Shown: positions 52,105 through 62,860 of the stretch, in pieces
How the letters are laid out: every line of letters starts with the position of its first letter
Position numbering within the stretch: position 1 is the first letter of the stretch
From: Phoronis australis
Lineage: Eukaryota > Animalia > Phoronida
Length of the DNA stretch: 64,000 nt
Direction of reading: 5' to 3'
Assembly (NCBI GenBank): GCA_002633005.1
Contig: NMRA01000505.1
Location: forward strand, 27,197 to 91,196
Translations under genes and position numbers: made by a program
The notes under the pieces: model-generated
Told to the model about the DNA's origin: nothing
Seen by the model: only the letters and a program-made list of their open reading frames with translations
Database searches by the model: none

Positions 52105-52375
52105 AAAAGTATTGTAAACATGAACACCATGACTCCAAAATGCTTAGGAAGTGGCTTGCAGTAGTGAAGAATGAAAAGTATTGTAAACATGAACACCATG
52201 ACTCCAAAATGCTTAGGAAGTGTCTCATGGTAGTGAAGAATGAAAAGTATTGTAAACATGAACACCATGACTCCAAAATGCTTAGGAAGTGTCTCATGGT
52301 AGTGAAGAATGAAAAGTATTGTAAACATGAACACCATGACTCCAAAATGCTTAGGAAGTGAAGAATGAAAAGTAT
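52105..52375. repeat. 69-bp tandem repeat (about 4 copies) at the truncated THAP end of a Kolobok copy
   Basis: aaaagtattgtaaac at 52105, 52174, 52243 and 52312. Confidence 0.93.
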
Positions 52376-53699
52376 GCTGTTAATAGCACGTATGAGGCCG
52401 TAAAACATCTCCGTGTCTGTGGCCAACAGTCGTTGACAGTGAGTCTGACGAATGCCGGCTTACCAAAGAACTATCCATACATTCCGTTGTCCGTGCTTGT
52501 TCACGGTGCCTCTCTAGTATTTCTTGATCATTGTATTCCGGTTCGAATTGATAGCCTGCGAAACTTAACAATCCACCTGTGAAGTCTTCGTCGGATGAAC
52601 TCTCGTCTAGAAGTCGTGATTCTGTTGACATTCTGCGTTCTGTCGCAAAATGAAATATTCTCGGCCTAACCAATGCTTTTATAAAACTAAAACAAACTTT
52701 GTCTCATTATATACAATTTGTAATGCCTTTGGAGTATTTGTGAGTGCAAATGTTTTGAGAAGCCAGCAATGAATAAACCATTGCGTTACCGGCTTCAGAT
52801 GCAATCAAGGTAATTAACCGGGCACCGAGGCTGTGTGAGCGCATGCTAATTCAGTGTTTGCTGACAGAAACTGTTATGAAACAATAACTCGATTTTCTAT
52901 CCCATGGCTAGGTGTAAGGGGAATCTTTATTTACATATACATTATTCAAATAATGATTGTCAATGTACAACTTCTGCCCTGGCGGTTCTGTGGTCAAAGG
53001 GGAACCTGAATTCGCAGCCCTCGACGAGTAAGTAGATTTGCAGTTTCGTGGCTAATTCACCAAAATAATTGTGTGCACATTACTTCTTTGGCTCACTAGT
53101 ATAGTATTTTCTTGACTGGAAGTTTAGTTTCCAACTTTGGTTGGTTTATGTTCGTGATGTCTTCAGTCTGGCCGCGACGCGCCTGATCGGGTTCCGAACC
53201 ACTGGCCGGGATAACAATTAAGTGTTTTGTGTGTTTAGAACTCAAAAAATCACAAGTCTGAACAACACAGATCTAGGTTCTCTCGTCTGTATTTCACAAA
53301 GAATACTTCGAATTTATCTCCAAACAGACCTCAAACTCCTGCTACGGACCTTGGTAAATTGACCTAGTGCCGAACTTCGTAGGCTACCTACGGTGTGTCC
53401 AAATACCAATAATTCCGTAACAGCAAAATAAAAACACGTTTTTATAAGAACTCAGTGTATTTTTAAGGGTTTTACATCGAAGTTTTATGATTTATTGGTG
53501 TAAAACGATGAATTCAAGCGATAAGCTGACACCAGTAACCCGTGTTGTGAACTGCTGAACAGACGGCGTGTGAAACCAATGACGTCATTGGATAATTTCA
53601 ACAACCTGCCATCAGGTGTCAGGTAACGCAACCGAACGTGCCGTTATTGAGTAGAACTTCTCGATCTAAATTAGGTTGTTTTTTGGGTGGCATGCTCCT
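52130..53699 (-). mobile_element. Inverted Kolobok copy (one intact end)
   Basis: gggtggcatgctcct|TTAA at 53699. ORF 52380-52673 contains GYQFEPEY. THAP fragment on the plus strand. Confidence 0.82.
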
Positions 53700-54133
53700 T
53701 TAAGTTTTGAAATCCATACAACAGGTTTGATCACTGGCCATTTGGTTTTGTAGTGTGGGCAAGTGGTTTCCTTTTGAATTTGACCAGTTATTGGTTCTCT
53801 CCTTGATAGCCAGAATGCTGTGTTGAGCAGATGGAGCTGCAAGTAAACAATAGCATTGGTATTTTAACTTTGCTAGCAGCAGGTTGGACTGGTCACTGAG
53901 CATAGTTACCTAATGTATGAAGATGCTAAGTTTACTGTAAACTTTATTGTACACCCCTTGTCTCCACATGTGTATGATACACGTAATAGTAATTTGGTAT
54001 TGGGTAATGAAAATACAGTCACACATCATTGGTCATGCAATGCCCTAAAAACTGGGAAACCCTTTTTAGATTTTACTGTTATTGAAATCCTGGATGTGCT
54101 GACTCACCAACTGGTGGTTCTTATTGTAATCCT

Positions 54134-54262
54134 GTTTTATGCGCCCACTTTATGTATTCTCTGCCTTCCTATGGCCTTGTTATGATACAAATAAACATCC
54201 CTTGAAGCACACTGTTTGTGGAGCAGTCATGGGTGCATTTTAATGCTCCAGATTGCTCTTGT
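54134..54262 (+). mobile_element. Minimal HINE (5' and 3' ends only)
   Basis: ttttatgcgcccac joined almost directly to atgatacaaataaacatccc...tgggtgcatttt...gctcttgt. Confidence 0.6.
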
Positions 54263-54522
54263 ACTATATGTGTATGTTTTGGGCTAAAGGTACTGAGGTT
54301 CTGTGGTCTATTGTTGGACTTTGATCAAGTTTAGGAAATGAATACTCCTTTGTTAACTGCTAGAGTAAAGTCCATTATGCTGTGTGAGAGAATCAGTAGC
54401 TACATCTATGAGGTTCTTCCTGAAAGGGACTTTTTCTTGTGGGGAGGGTTCATTTTTTTCCTAGTCATGATGACATTAATACCAGCTGCTGTTAGTTGAA
54501 CTCTCCTTATTTCATGTTGTAG

Positions 54523-54666
54523 GTGCTGCTGGTTACATCGGCCTGATGACAGGTGGTATACGCTCATTTGCTGTCCTTTTCACAGAACTAGTGCACAAGT
54601 ATGACGCTGACTCAGCCAGTGTCTCATGGATTCCTGGTATTGTGGCACTGCTACAGCTTGGATTTG
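54523..54666 (+). CDS. SLC16/MCT exon (TM1-TM2)
   Basis: ttgtag| (G)AAGYIGLMTGGIRSFAVLFTELVHKYDADSASVSWIPGIVALLQLGF G|gtaggg. Confidence 0.9.
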
Positions 54667-54712
54667 GTAGGGGCAACTACTGGTCTTGAATGTGACGGGG
54701 AGGGGGCGTGGT

Positions 54713-54833
54713 GTGAAGGGGTGGTGCTCTCCTGGTTAGTGGGGTGGCTAGTGCTCTCTGGCATAGTGGCGTGAAGGGGTGGTGCTCTCCTGGTTAGTGG
54801 GGTGGCTAGTACTCTCTGGCATAGTGGCGTGAA
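54713..54833. repeat. 58-bp direct duplication
   Basis: gtgaaggggtggtgctctcc at 54713 and 54771. Confidence 0.9.
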
Positions 54834-55886
54834 TGTATGGCCGGAGATTGTATCAAATTCTAGAAAATGGCAATATTGGCTGTCCCAAATTCAGGAAGCA
54901 TTAGAAAGACTGCATAATAAACCACTCTGAAATTTGAGAAATGAATGGCAAAATCACTATTGTCTCAAATTTCAGAATCAAGAAAATTCAATTTTGCACA
55001 AGTTCTTATGTCCCAAATTCTAGAGACAGCCGAATTGGCGAATTTTTGCCATTTATGGTTTTTGGTGTTGAAGGTGGCACCAACAAAGCAGTGACACTAA
55101 AAATCATTTTGCCCAGTTCCTCTTTGCTAATTGTGTAAGGAAGACAAAAATAATCGTCTGATATCTTTGGTTTAAAGTTGTCCTAAGTAAGGACAGGATC
55201 GTTAACTCATTATAATTGACGTTTACTAATTTGAGTCTGATCTGAATTTTATCTACATGGCTAAATTCCATGTGAAGACATTGTGTGCCTGCGGCTCTTT
55301 GGGTAACAGTGATTACCAAGACTGAGCTACTTGTCAGTCACACCCTTATAGAGGGCAAATAAGATATCTTTTCACATTGACAAAAAGCTCCTAAAGTGTT
55401 CAGATCTGGGTACTGTGTCAAAATACATGGTGTCTCAAAAATGTACACACATTTGAGTGCAATTTCGGGAGTTCAAATTTAGTTACCTTGGATCAGACTG
55501 TGCTCAAAGATCAAGACTGTGCACAAAGATCAGACTGTGCACAAAGATCAGACTGTGCACAAAGAACTGCTAAACAGCATTTCGTGCAAGTCTCCGATAT
55601 TTCGTGGGTCCAGTTACAATGATATGACTTTGTGTTTTTTGGCCTGAAAATACCCACACATGTTATCAGGATTTTCCATAGATAAGCCCATGGTCGTGTA
55701 TTAGGAAATGAGTAGTTTTCGTGATACCAAATGATCGCTGGGGCATTTATATATAAAAGGGGTGCGTGTAAATGGAAAGTTTTGGCTTCTCAAATACCAG
55801 CATGAAGTGTGATGTGTATTTTGTAAGTGAAACAGCATGTTTACTGGTCATGTTTTTCAACCTTAATCCTAGTCTTCTTGTTACAG

Positions 55887-56030
55887 GGCCCTTTAGCAAT
55901 GCACTGAGTCTCAGATGGGGACATGGTTGTGTGATGTTGGCTGGTGCTATCATCTCATCATCAGGCTTCCTCATCACTGCCTTCATGCCATCTCTCATCT
56001 ATCTCTACATTACCTATGGACTGTTGGTTG
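55887..56030 (+). CDS. SLC16/MCT exon (TM3-TM4); the gene continues beyond the window
   Basis: ttacag| (G)PFSNALSLRWGHGCVMLAGAIISSSGFLITAFMPSLIYLYITYGLLV G|gtaagt. Confidence 0.92.
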
Positions 56031-56327
56031 GTAAGTGCCTTCATGCCATCTCTCATCTATCTCTACATTACTTATGGACTGTTGGTTGGTAAGTGCCTTC
56101 ATGCCATCTCTCATCTATCTCTACATTACCTATGGACTGTTGGTTGGTAAGTGCCTTCATGCCATCTCTCATCTATCTCTACATTACCTATGGACTGTTG
56201 GTTGGTAAGTGCCTTCATGCCATCACTCATCTATCTCTACATTACCTATGGACTGTTGGTTGGTAAGTGCCTTCATGCCATCACTCATCTATCTCTACAT
56301 TACCTATGGACTGTTGGTTGGTAAGTG
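55978..56327 (+). repeat. 58-bp x6 tandem repeat of the exon 3' end plus splice donor
   Basis: TTG|gtaagt at 56031, 56089, 56147, 56205, 56263 and 56321. Confidence 0.97.
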
Positions 56328-56420
56328 AAAATACACATCCAGTGCATTTTTCTGTTGACTGCAGGAGAGTATGGAAAGTAACAGATATTGTTAAAACTTG
56401 AGTGAATCACTTTGGGTAGT

Positions 56421-56723
56421 TGTACATCAAGGAATGTAATACTTGGCACTAGTCATTGACAAATGTACATCAAGGAATTTTCTACTTGGCACTAGCCATT
56501 GACAAATGTACATCAAGGAATATTCTACTTGGCACTAGTCATTGACAAATGTACATCAAAGAATACTCTACTTGGCACTAGCCATTGACAAATGTACATC
56601 AAGGAATACTCTACTTGGCACTAGTCATTGACAAATGTACATCAAGGAATACTCTACTTGGCAATAGTCATTGACAAATGTACATCAAGGAATATTCGAC
56701 TTGGCACTAGTCATTGACAAATG
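56421..56723. repeat. 43-bp minisatellite, about 7 copies
   Basis: Unit tgtacatcaaggaatactctacttggcactagtcattgacaaa. Confidence 0.95.
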
Positions 56724-57423
56724 CCCATCCATAATTGAAATTTTTATAATATAAAAAAGTTTAGTTCCATCACACTTATTTTTATGTTTGAAAAGTCTAG
56801 TCAAAAAATAAAATTCCTTACTTTGATATTAACATAATTTAAATCAAAAAGGCATTAATATATTAAAATAGCTTAATCTGTATTGCATTGACAACACTGA
56901 GAAAGATCAAATATTAAATCCTATCTTTTCTGTACTAAAATTACATAAAATAGTTGGCAGATGTATTGATTTTTTAAAAAATAAATTCATTACAATGGTT
57001 CCATAGAGGACTCCGTACTGAAATCTTTACCGAGTATCCAAAGACAGGCTTTCAAGCATTCCTACTTTTCCCACTTTTTTGGCTTGCACCTACTTTTCTA
57101 ATTTTTTTCTGAAATTTTTAATATTATCTACCTTTTCCTACTTTTTTCTCATACCTCTAAAATTTCCATCTACTTTATGTTTTTGGAGTAGTGAGTAGTC
57201 ATTTTAGGTTATCAGGAGCAGCACACGAAAGACTTCCTCCAGCACAACCGATGCTAACCAAAAGACTATCTAGTTGAAGAGCCAGCAAGCCTTTTTTCAC
57301 ACTTTGGAGTATAAAAGGTTTGAGTGCATAATTCTATTGTAAATCACGTACCAGGGGGCGTCTTAAGTTGCACAATCCTGAGGTTTGGTCCCTGGAGAGT
57401 TCAAAAGAGGACCCAAAAATCCC

Positions 57424-59880
57424 TTTTTATGTGCTCACATATTCATATGTGGGTGCATATTGCCATCATGTCTGTGTGGGTGTCTGGCAGCCGCTGCTGT
57501 ATCTTGATGAGATTTGGCAGATGTGTTCCTATAAAGCTGATGACGGATGACTATGAAATTCGGACGGATCCGACTACCGTCGTGTCCCGTAGCGGCAATT
57601 TTAGTTTTTTACGTTTACCTCAGTCTGTATCTTCAAAGGTCCTTAATGGATTTTCATGAAATGTGTCACATACGTATCAATCAGTGAGATGATCTTATTT
57701 TTCCGTTTTTGGATGGATTTGAGGTATTTTGCGCCACCTGATGGCCATTTTTATGCGCCCACATATTTATATGTGGACGCATTATGCCGTCATCTCCGTC
57801 CGGCGTCCGCTGCTCTATCTCTAAAACGACTTGATATATCTTCATGAAATTTTGTACATGTATCCCTTCTGAGGACGAGACGGCATCAGCGAACTTTCGG
57901 ACGGATCCGACTACTGATGTGCTCCCTAGTGGCAATTTTAATTTTTTTACGTTTACTTCTGTATCTTCAAAAGTCCTAAACGGATTTTCATAAAATTTGG
58001 TATATAGACACCTATTAGTGAGATGACACTATCCTCCCGTTTTCTATAGATTTGGCTACTGTTGTGCCCCCTGGTGGCGATTTTATTTTTTTTACGTTAA
58101 CCTCTGTATCTTCATAGGTCCTCAACGTATTTTCAAAAATTTGGCATACATGCTTCTTTTAGTGTGGTGACGCTATCTCCGTTTTCAGATGGATTCGACT
58201 TAGTTTGCACCAGCTAGTAGCCATTTTTACTGTTTTTGAATCTGTTTTTGGCATCCAACCCTCTGTCAACCAAACCACTCAAAGGATGATTGTGAAAATT
58301 AGCACGTATGTTCTGACTATGAAGTGGACAGCTGACGATGATTTTCCGACAATTTTGACTATTGTGGCGCCTCCTGGTGGCAATTTTTTTGCGCCTATGG
58401 CTGTATATGCTAAACCGTTCGAAGGATCTTTACTTAATTTAGTAAGTGTATTCATAAGATGTTGACAACGGACGACAACAACTTTTGGATGGTTCTGACT
58501 ACTGGTGTGCCACCTAGTGGCAATTTCATTGTTTTACGTTTACCTCTGTATGTTCAAAAGTCCTCAACGTAATTTGGCATACAGGCATCCCTTAATGAGT
58601 TGACGCTATTTCACCGTTTTCAGATGGATTCGACCTAGTTTGCGCCACCTAGTAGTCACTTTTACTGTTTTCGAGTATGTTTTTTGGCGCTCACTCTTCT
58701 ATCAACTAAACCGCTTTTAGCATAATTGTGAAAATTGGCATTGTTTTTACTATGAAGTGGATAGCTGACGATGATTTTTCGACGAGTTCGACTACTGTGG
58801 CACCTCCTAGTGGCAGTTTTGTTTTTTTGCGCTCATCGCTGTATCTCCTAAACCGTTTGCAGGATCTTAACTTAATTTAGCAAGTGTATTTATTTTATGT
58901 TGACAATGGAGGATGACGACTTTCGGACAAATCTGACTTTTGGTGTGCCCCCTAGTGGCAATTTCATTTTTTGTTTACCAGTATCTTCAAAGATCCTCAA
59001 TAGATTTTCATAAAATTTTGAATATAGGCATCTATTGGTGAGATGACGCTATCATCCTGTTTTTGGATAGAATCAAGGTATTTTGCACCACCTGGTGGCC
59101 ATTTTTGCTGTTTTCAAATTTTTTTTTTTTGGCGTCCACCCCTCTATCAACCAAATCATTCTAGGGATGGTTTTGAAAATTGGCCTATACGTTTTCAGTG
59201 TGAAGAGGACATTTGATGATGGCGACTGACTACTGTGGCGCCTCCTGGTGGTAGTTTTGTTTTGTTTTTCGCCCATAACTGTGTCTCCAAAACCCACTGC
59301 AGGATCTTTATTCAATTTAGTAAGTGAATTTATGTGACGATAACAGACGATGACTGTCGCGCGGATCGAATGGACGCTATGCCCACAAGTGGCAATTTCA
59401 CTTGTTCTGTTTTCCTTTGCTTCTCTGAAGTTCCTTGACAGATTTAATGAAATATGGCATGATCCCTTTTTGGATGGATTGTACGTTTTCGCACCATCTA
59501 GTGGCCATTTTTATGATACAAATAAATAACCCTGCACACCATTTGCGATACATTCGTTTGCGCATTTCAACGCTTCACGTTGCTCTTGTCACTGTTGTCT
59601 GGTCTGTTTTTTGGCGTCCACCCCTCTATCAACCAAACTACTCTAAGGATGATTGTGAAAATTAGCATATTTATTATGTTCTTAGTGTGATGACGACTGT
59701 TGACGATGATTTTTCAACAACTTCGACTACTGTGGCGCCTCCTAGTGGCATTTTTTGCATTCATAGCTGTATCTCCTTTACCTGCTGCAAGATCTTAATT
59801 ATTAGCAAGAGTATATAAGGTTGACAATGGAAGATGACGACTTTCAGATGAATCTGATAAACACTGTGGCCTTTCATTTT
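57424..59880 (+). mobile_element. Outer HINE
   Basis: 5' end tttttatgtgctcac...gtgggtgcat. The core is interrupted at about 57748 and resumes at about 59590. Confidence 0.72.
57748..59589 (+). mobile_element. Inner complete HINE
   Basis: tttttatgcgcccac...gtggacgcat...ccgtccggcgtcc, 3' end gcgcatttcaacgcttcacgttgctcttgt. Confidence 0.78.
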
Positions 59881-59889
59881 TTCCTTTTT

Positions 59890-61983
59890 CCACAAAAAGA
59901 CTATACTAGTGAGCCAAAGAAAGAAGTTTCACGCTGATTATTTTGGTGAATTAGCTGTGAAAGTGCAAATGTACTGACCAGCTTGTCAGGGGCTGCGAAG
60001 TCCGGTTACCCTTCCACTGAACTGTCAGGGCAAAAGTTGTTCAGTAACAATGATTCGAATAATGTATGAAAAATCTAAATAAAGATTCCCCTAACATCTG
60101 ACCATAGGATATAAAATCGAGTTATTGTTTCACGACAGCTTTGTGTCTGCAGAAACTGAATTAGCATGCGTTCACATGGCCTCGGTGCCCGGTCAATTAG
60201 TTGATTGCATCTAAAGCCGGTAACACAGTGAATTATTCATTTCTGGCTTCCCAAAATATTTGCATTTACGAACACTCCAAGGCATTACAAATTGTATCTA
60301 ATGAGACAGACTTTGTTTCACTTTTATATAAGCATTGGTTAGGGTGAGAATAATTCATTTTGAAACAGAACCCACAATATAAACGTCAACGTGGCAACTC
60401 GTAATCCTGACTTAGATGAGTACTCATCCAACGAAGACTTCACAGGTCGATCGTTAGGTTTCACAGGAATACACTGATCAAGAAATCATAGAGAGGCTCC
60501 GTGTGAACGTGCACAGACAACGGAACATATGGATAGTTCTGAAAACCGTTTTCAGGGGCGGATCCAGGATTTCTAGTTGGGGGGGGCAGGACTGAGTATT
60601 AGCCAGCATTTTGTCCATCAGACATTAGCATCAGTGAACTGGCAAATGGAATTTGGGAGAGTTTTAGGGGGGTCATGGCCCCCTTGGCCCCCCCTCTAAA
60701 TCCCCGACTGGTTTGAATGACTTAAACCATGAGCTAACCGCATGATAATGGAAACCGATGGCTGACGCTCATGACTGTGTTCTCCCATTCAGTGTCTTTA
60801 CCAGATGTAGAGCTTTGAGAGCATATGATAACATCTAGCTCCTTTGTTAACTGCCAAGCACAGTCTTTTGTTTGGTTTGACAACAGGCAGGTCAATTATC
60901 TATCAGGCTTCTTACATACGAGGTGTGAACACAGTCAAACCTAGGGCGAATTGGTACGTTCGGAAAGAATAGATTGTCGTAACTTCGGTTGTAGTTGGGC
61001 AATTTTGGCGATTCAAAAACTAAACATGATCAGCATTTGATGAGGAATTCAAAAATGCTCTTGCTTTTTGTTCAAAACTTATTGCTTAACTTTTATTTTT
61101 AACAGCACAGCCCACTCAGCCTAGATACGATCTTATTGGAGATTAGAGCAATTATCGAACAAAAGAGAGCTGGCCCTCCAACCATAAATGCCAGAATGGA
61201 GTTAGTCGTGTAGGATATTGGCTACAGGGGTCATCTTCCCAACTTGTTGTTGGGCTATAGAATTGAACAAGTTGGAATCAATGGGAAAATGCCGTAATGT
61301 GCGTTTGCTGCCACCAAATTCCGCAAGTGAAACGAATTCTTGGAGAAGCGCAATTGTGTCGCACGGACCATCCTGATTTAGCACCGCATCTAAAAAGGTG
61401 TAGTTACGACTTCTTTTTAGGGCTGAGAAAAAGAACTGGCGAAAACATCCTTAACCCAGAGGACAAAACAGAAGCCTCACGAACGAGTCTGTCATCAAAC
61501 AGGTTATATAAAATGTTATTTTCTCTCGCCTGGATTAATTGTAATTGTTTATGTTTTCATGGCCAACTACAATTCTCTGTAATCAAAAACTGATCAACAA
61601 CTGATCCGACGAAATGCATGTCAAAAGCACTGACAGACATGGGAGAAGTTTCACGGCCTCGTACTTCGTATTAATGACGTACTTTTCATTCTTCACTACT
61701 GCAGCCTACGTCCTAAGCATTATGGGCTCTCGAGGAAGTCGAAAAAAACAACATGCCCACTTTCCTCGCAGCTCCATAGTTCACACAAGCGGGTACCATA
61801 TACCACACCATAGCAGCACTCATTCTGCATAAGAACCACTGACGACGCTGCGTCGTTTCTCACCTTCCTCACAGGTTAACGCGACACCTCTGGGCGAGCT
61901 CAGATTGACCGTATACGAGGTGATGTGGATATAGACCGATTAAGACGGTATAAAAGACTAATTAAATCAGGTGGCATTCTCCT
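59890..61983 (+). mobile_element. Kolobok copy (right end intact) with an extra internal segment of about 1.1 kb
   Basis: 59890-60540 and 61630-61983 are colinear with 35215-36539. Ends gcattctcct|TTAA. Confidence 0.78.
60553..60710. mobile_element. Short hAT-like MITE with near 5-bp TSD
   Basis: gtttt|caggggcggatccag ... ctaaatccccgactg|gtttg. Confidence 0.65.
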
Positions 61984-62559
61984 TTAAGTTGCATCATTTT
62001 AATTTGAGTGGTGATTTGATTCAAATAAACTTGAAATAGATGTTGCACTCGAAAATTGAATTTATTGTATTTTTTGGTCCTCTTTTGGACAATCCAGGGA
62101 CCAAAGTCAAGGATTTTGCAAATTAAGCCACCCCTTTCCTTTAATATTAGGCGATGTACACTTAGGAATAAGCACTCAAACCTTTTGCACACAGAAGTGT
62201 AAGTCCTGGTGGCTCTCCAACTAATGGTGAGTACTGTCTGTGACATTAGGTGAACATCATTGGTAAGTACGGATGAAAACTACTCCTGAACGCCTGCTCT
62301 AATTCCTATTTTTCCTACTTTTCACTTCACATTTCATACTTTATCTTATTTTTCCTACTTTTTTGCCTAAAACTGTTTGAAAGCCTGCAAATAGTTGCTA
62401 ATAATAAAATGCAGTTGTTGATCCATCCAGGAAAGTTCATTGTATTGTAATTAAATCTAGTCTGCTGGACAATACTCACAAAATTAAACTCCTAGCACCT
62501 TAGAGGCATCACGCCTCCCTAAGAGAAGACAGTAACTGAAGATTGATGGGAACCGTCGT

Positions 62560-62860
62560 CTGTGGCCTTCTCTCAAGATTCGTCTGGTTAGCAACCTAAA
62601 ACGAACTTTCGTCCCAAGCATACGACACCTTGTTTGTAAGTAATGGATTGAGAGGTTTGATGAACAAAGCCTCCAGGACACCTCTCTGAAAAGGGTTTTC
62701 TCTTTGAAGGATTTTGGCATTATAACCTGTATCCTGGAGATGAATTGAAACAGCAGAAGAAGCATCCTCACCACTGAAAGACTGCCGGGTGAGGGTGTGT
62801 CTTCTGCTGTTTTTAATCACCTCCAGGACACAAGGTAGCGTATTCAAAAATGGCAATGTC
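62560..62860 (-). mobile_element. Penelope-like GIY-YIG remnant
   Basis: SSAVSIHLQDTGYNAKILQRENPFQRGVLEALFIKPLNPLL matches the PLE endonuclease tail SAxxxHxxxxGH..xILxRE...RxxxEAxxI. Confidence 0.7.

Larger units (their letters stand above)
57300..62199. mobile_element. Long-TIR (about 120 bp) MITE nested in the hAT MITE
   Basis: cact...aaaaggtttgagtgc...ggtccctgga...aaaagaggacc (57300-57420) is inverted at 62070-62199. Flanks are ca/ta. Confidence 0.7.
57045..62387. mobile_element. hAT-like MITE (about 6-bp TSD) expanded by nested insertions
   Basis: caaaga|caggctttcaa ... ttgaaagcctg|caaata. TCCTACTTTT subterminal repeats at both ends. Confidence 0.72.
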
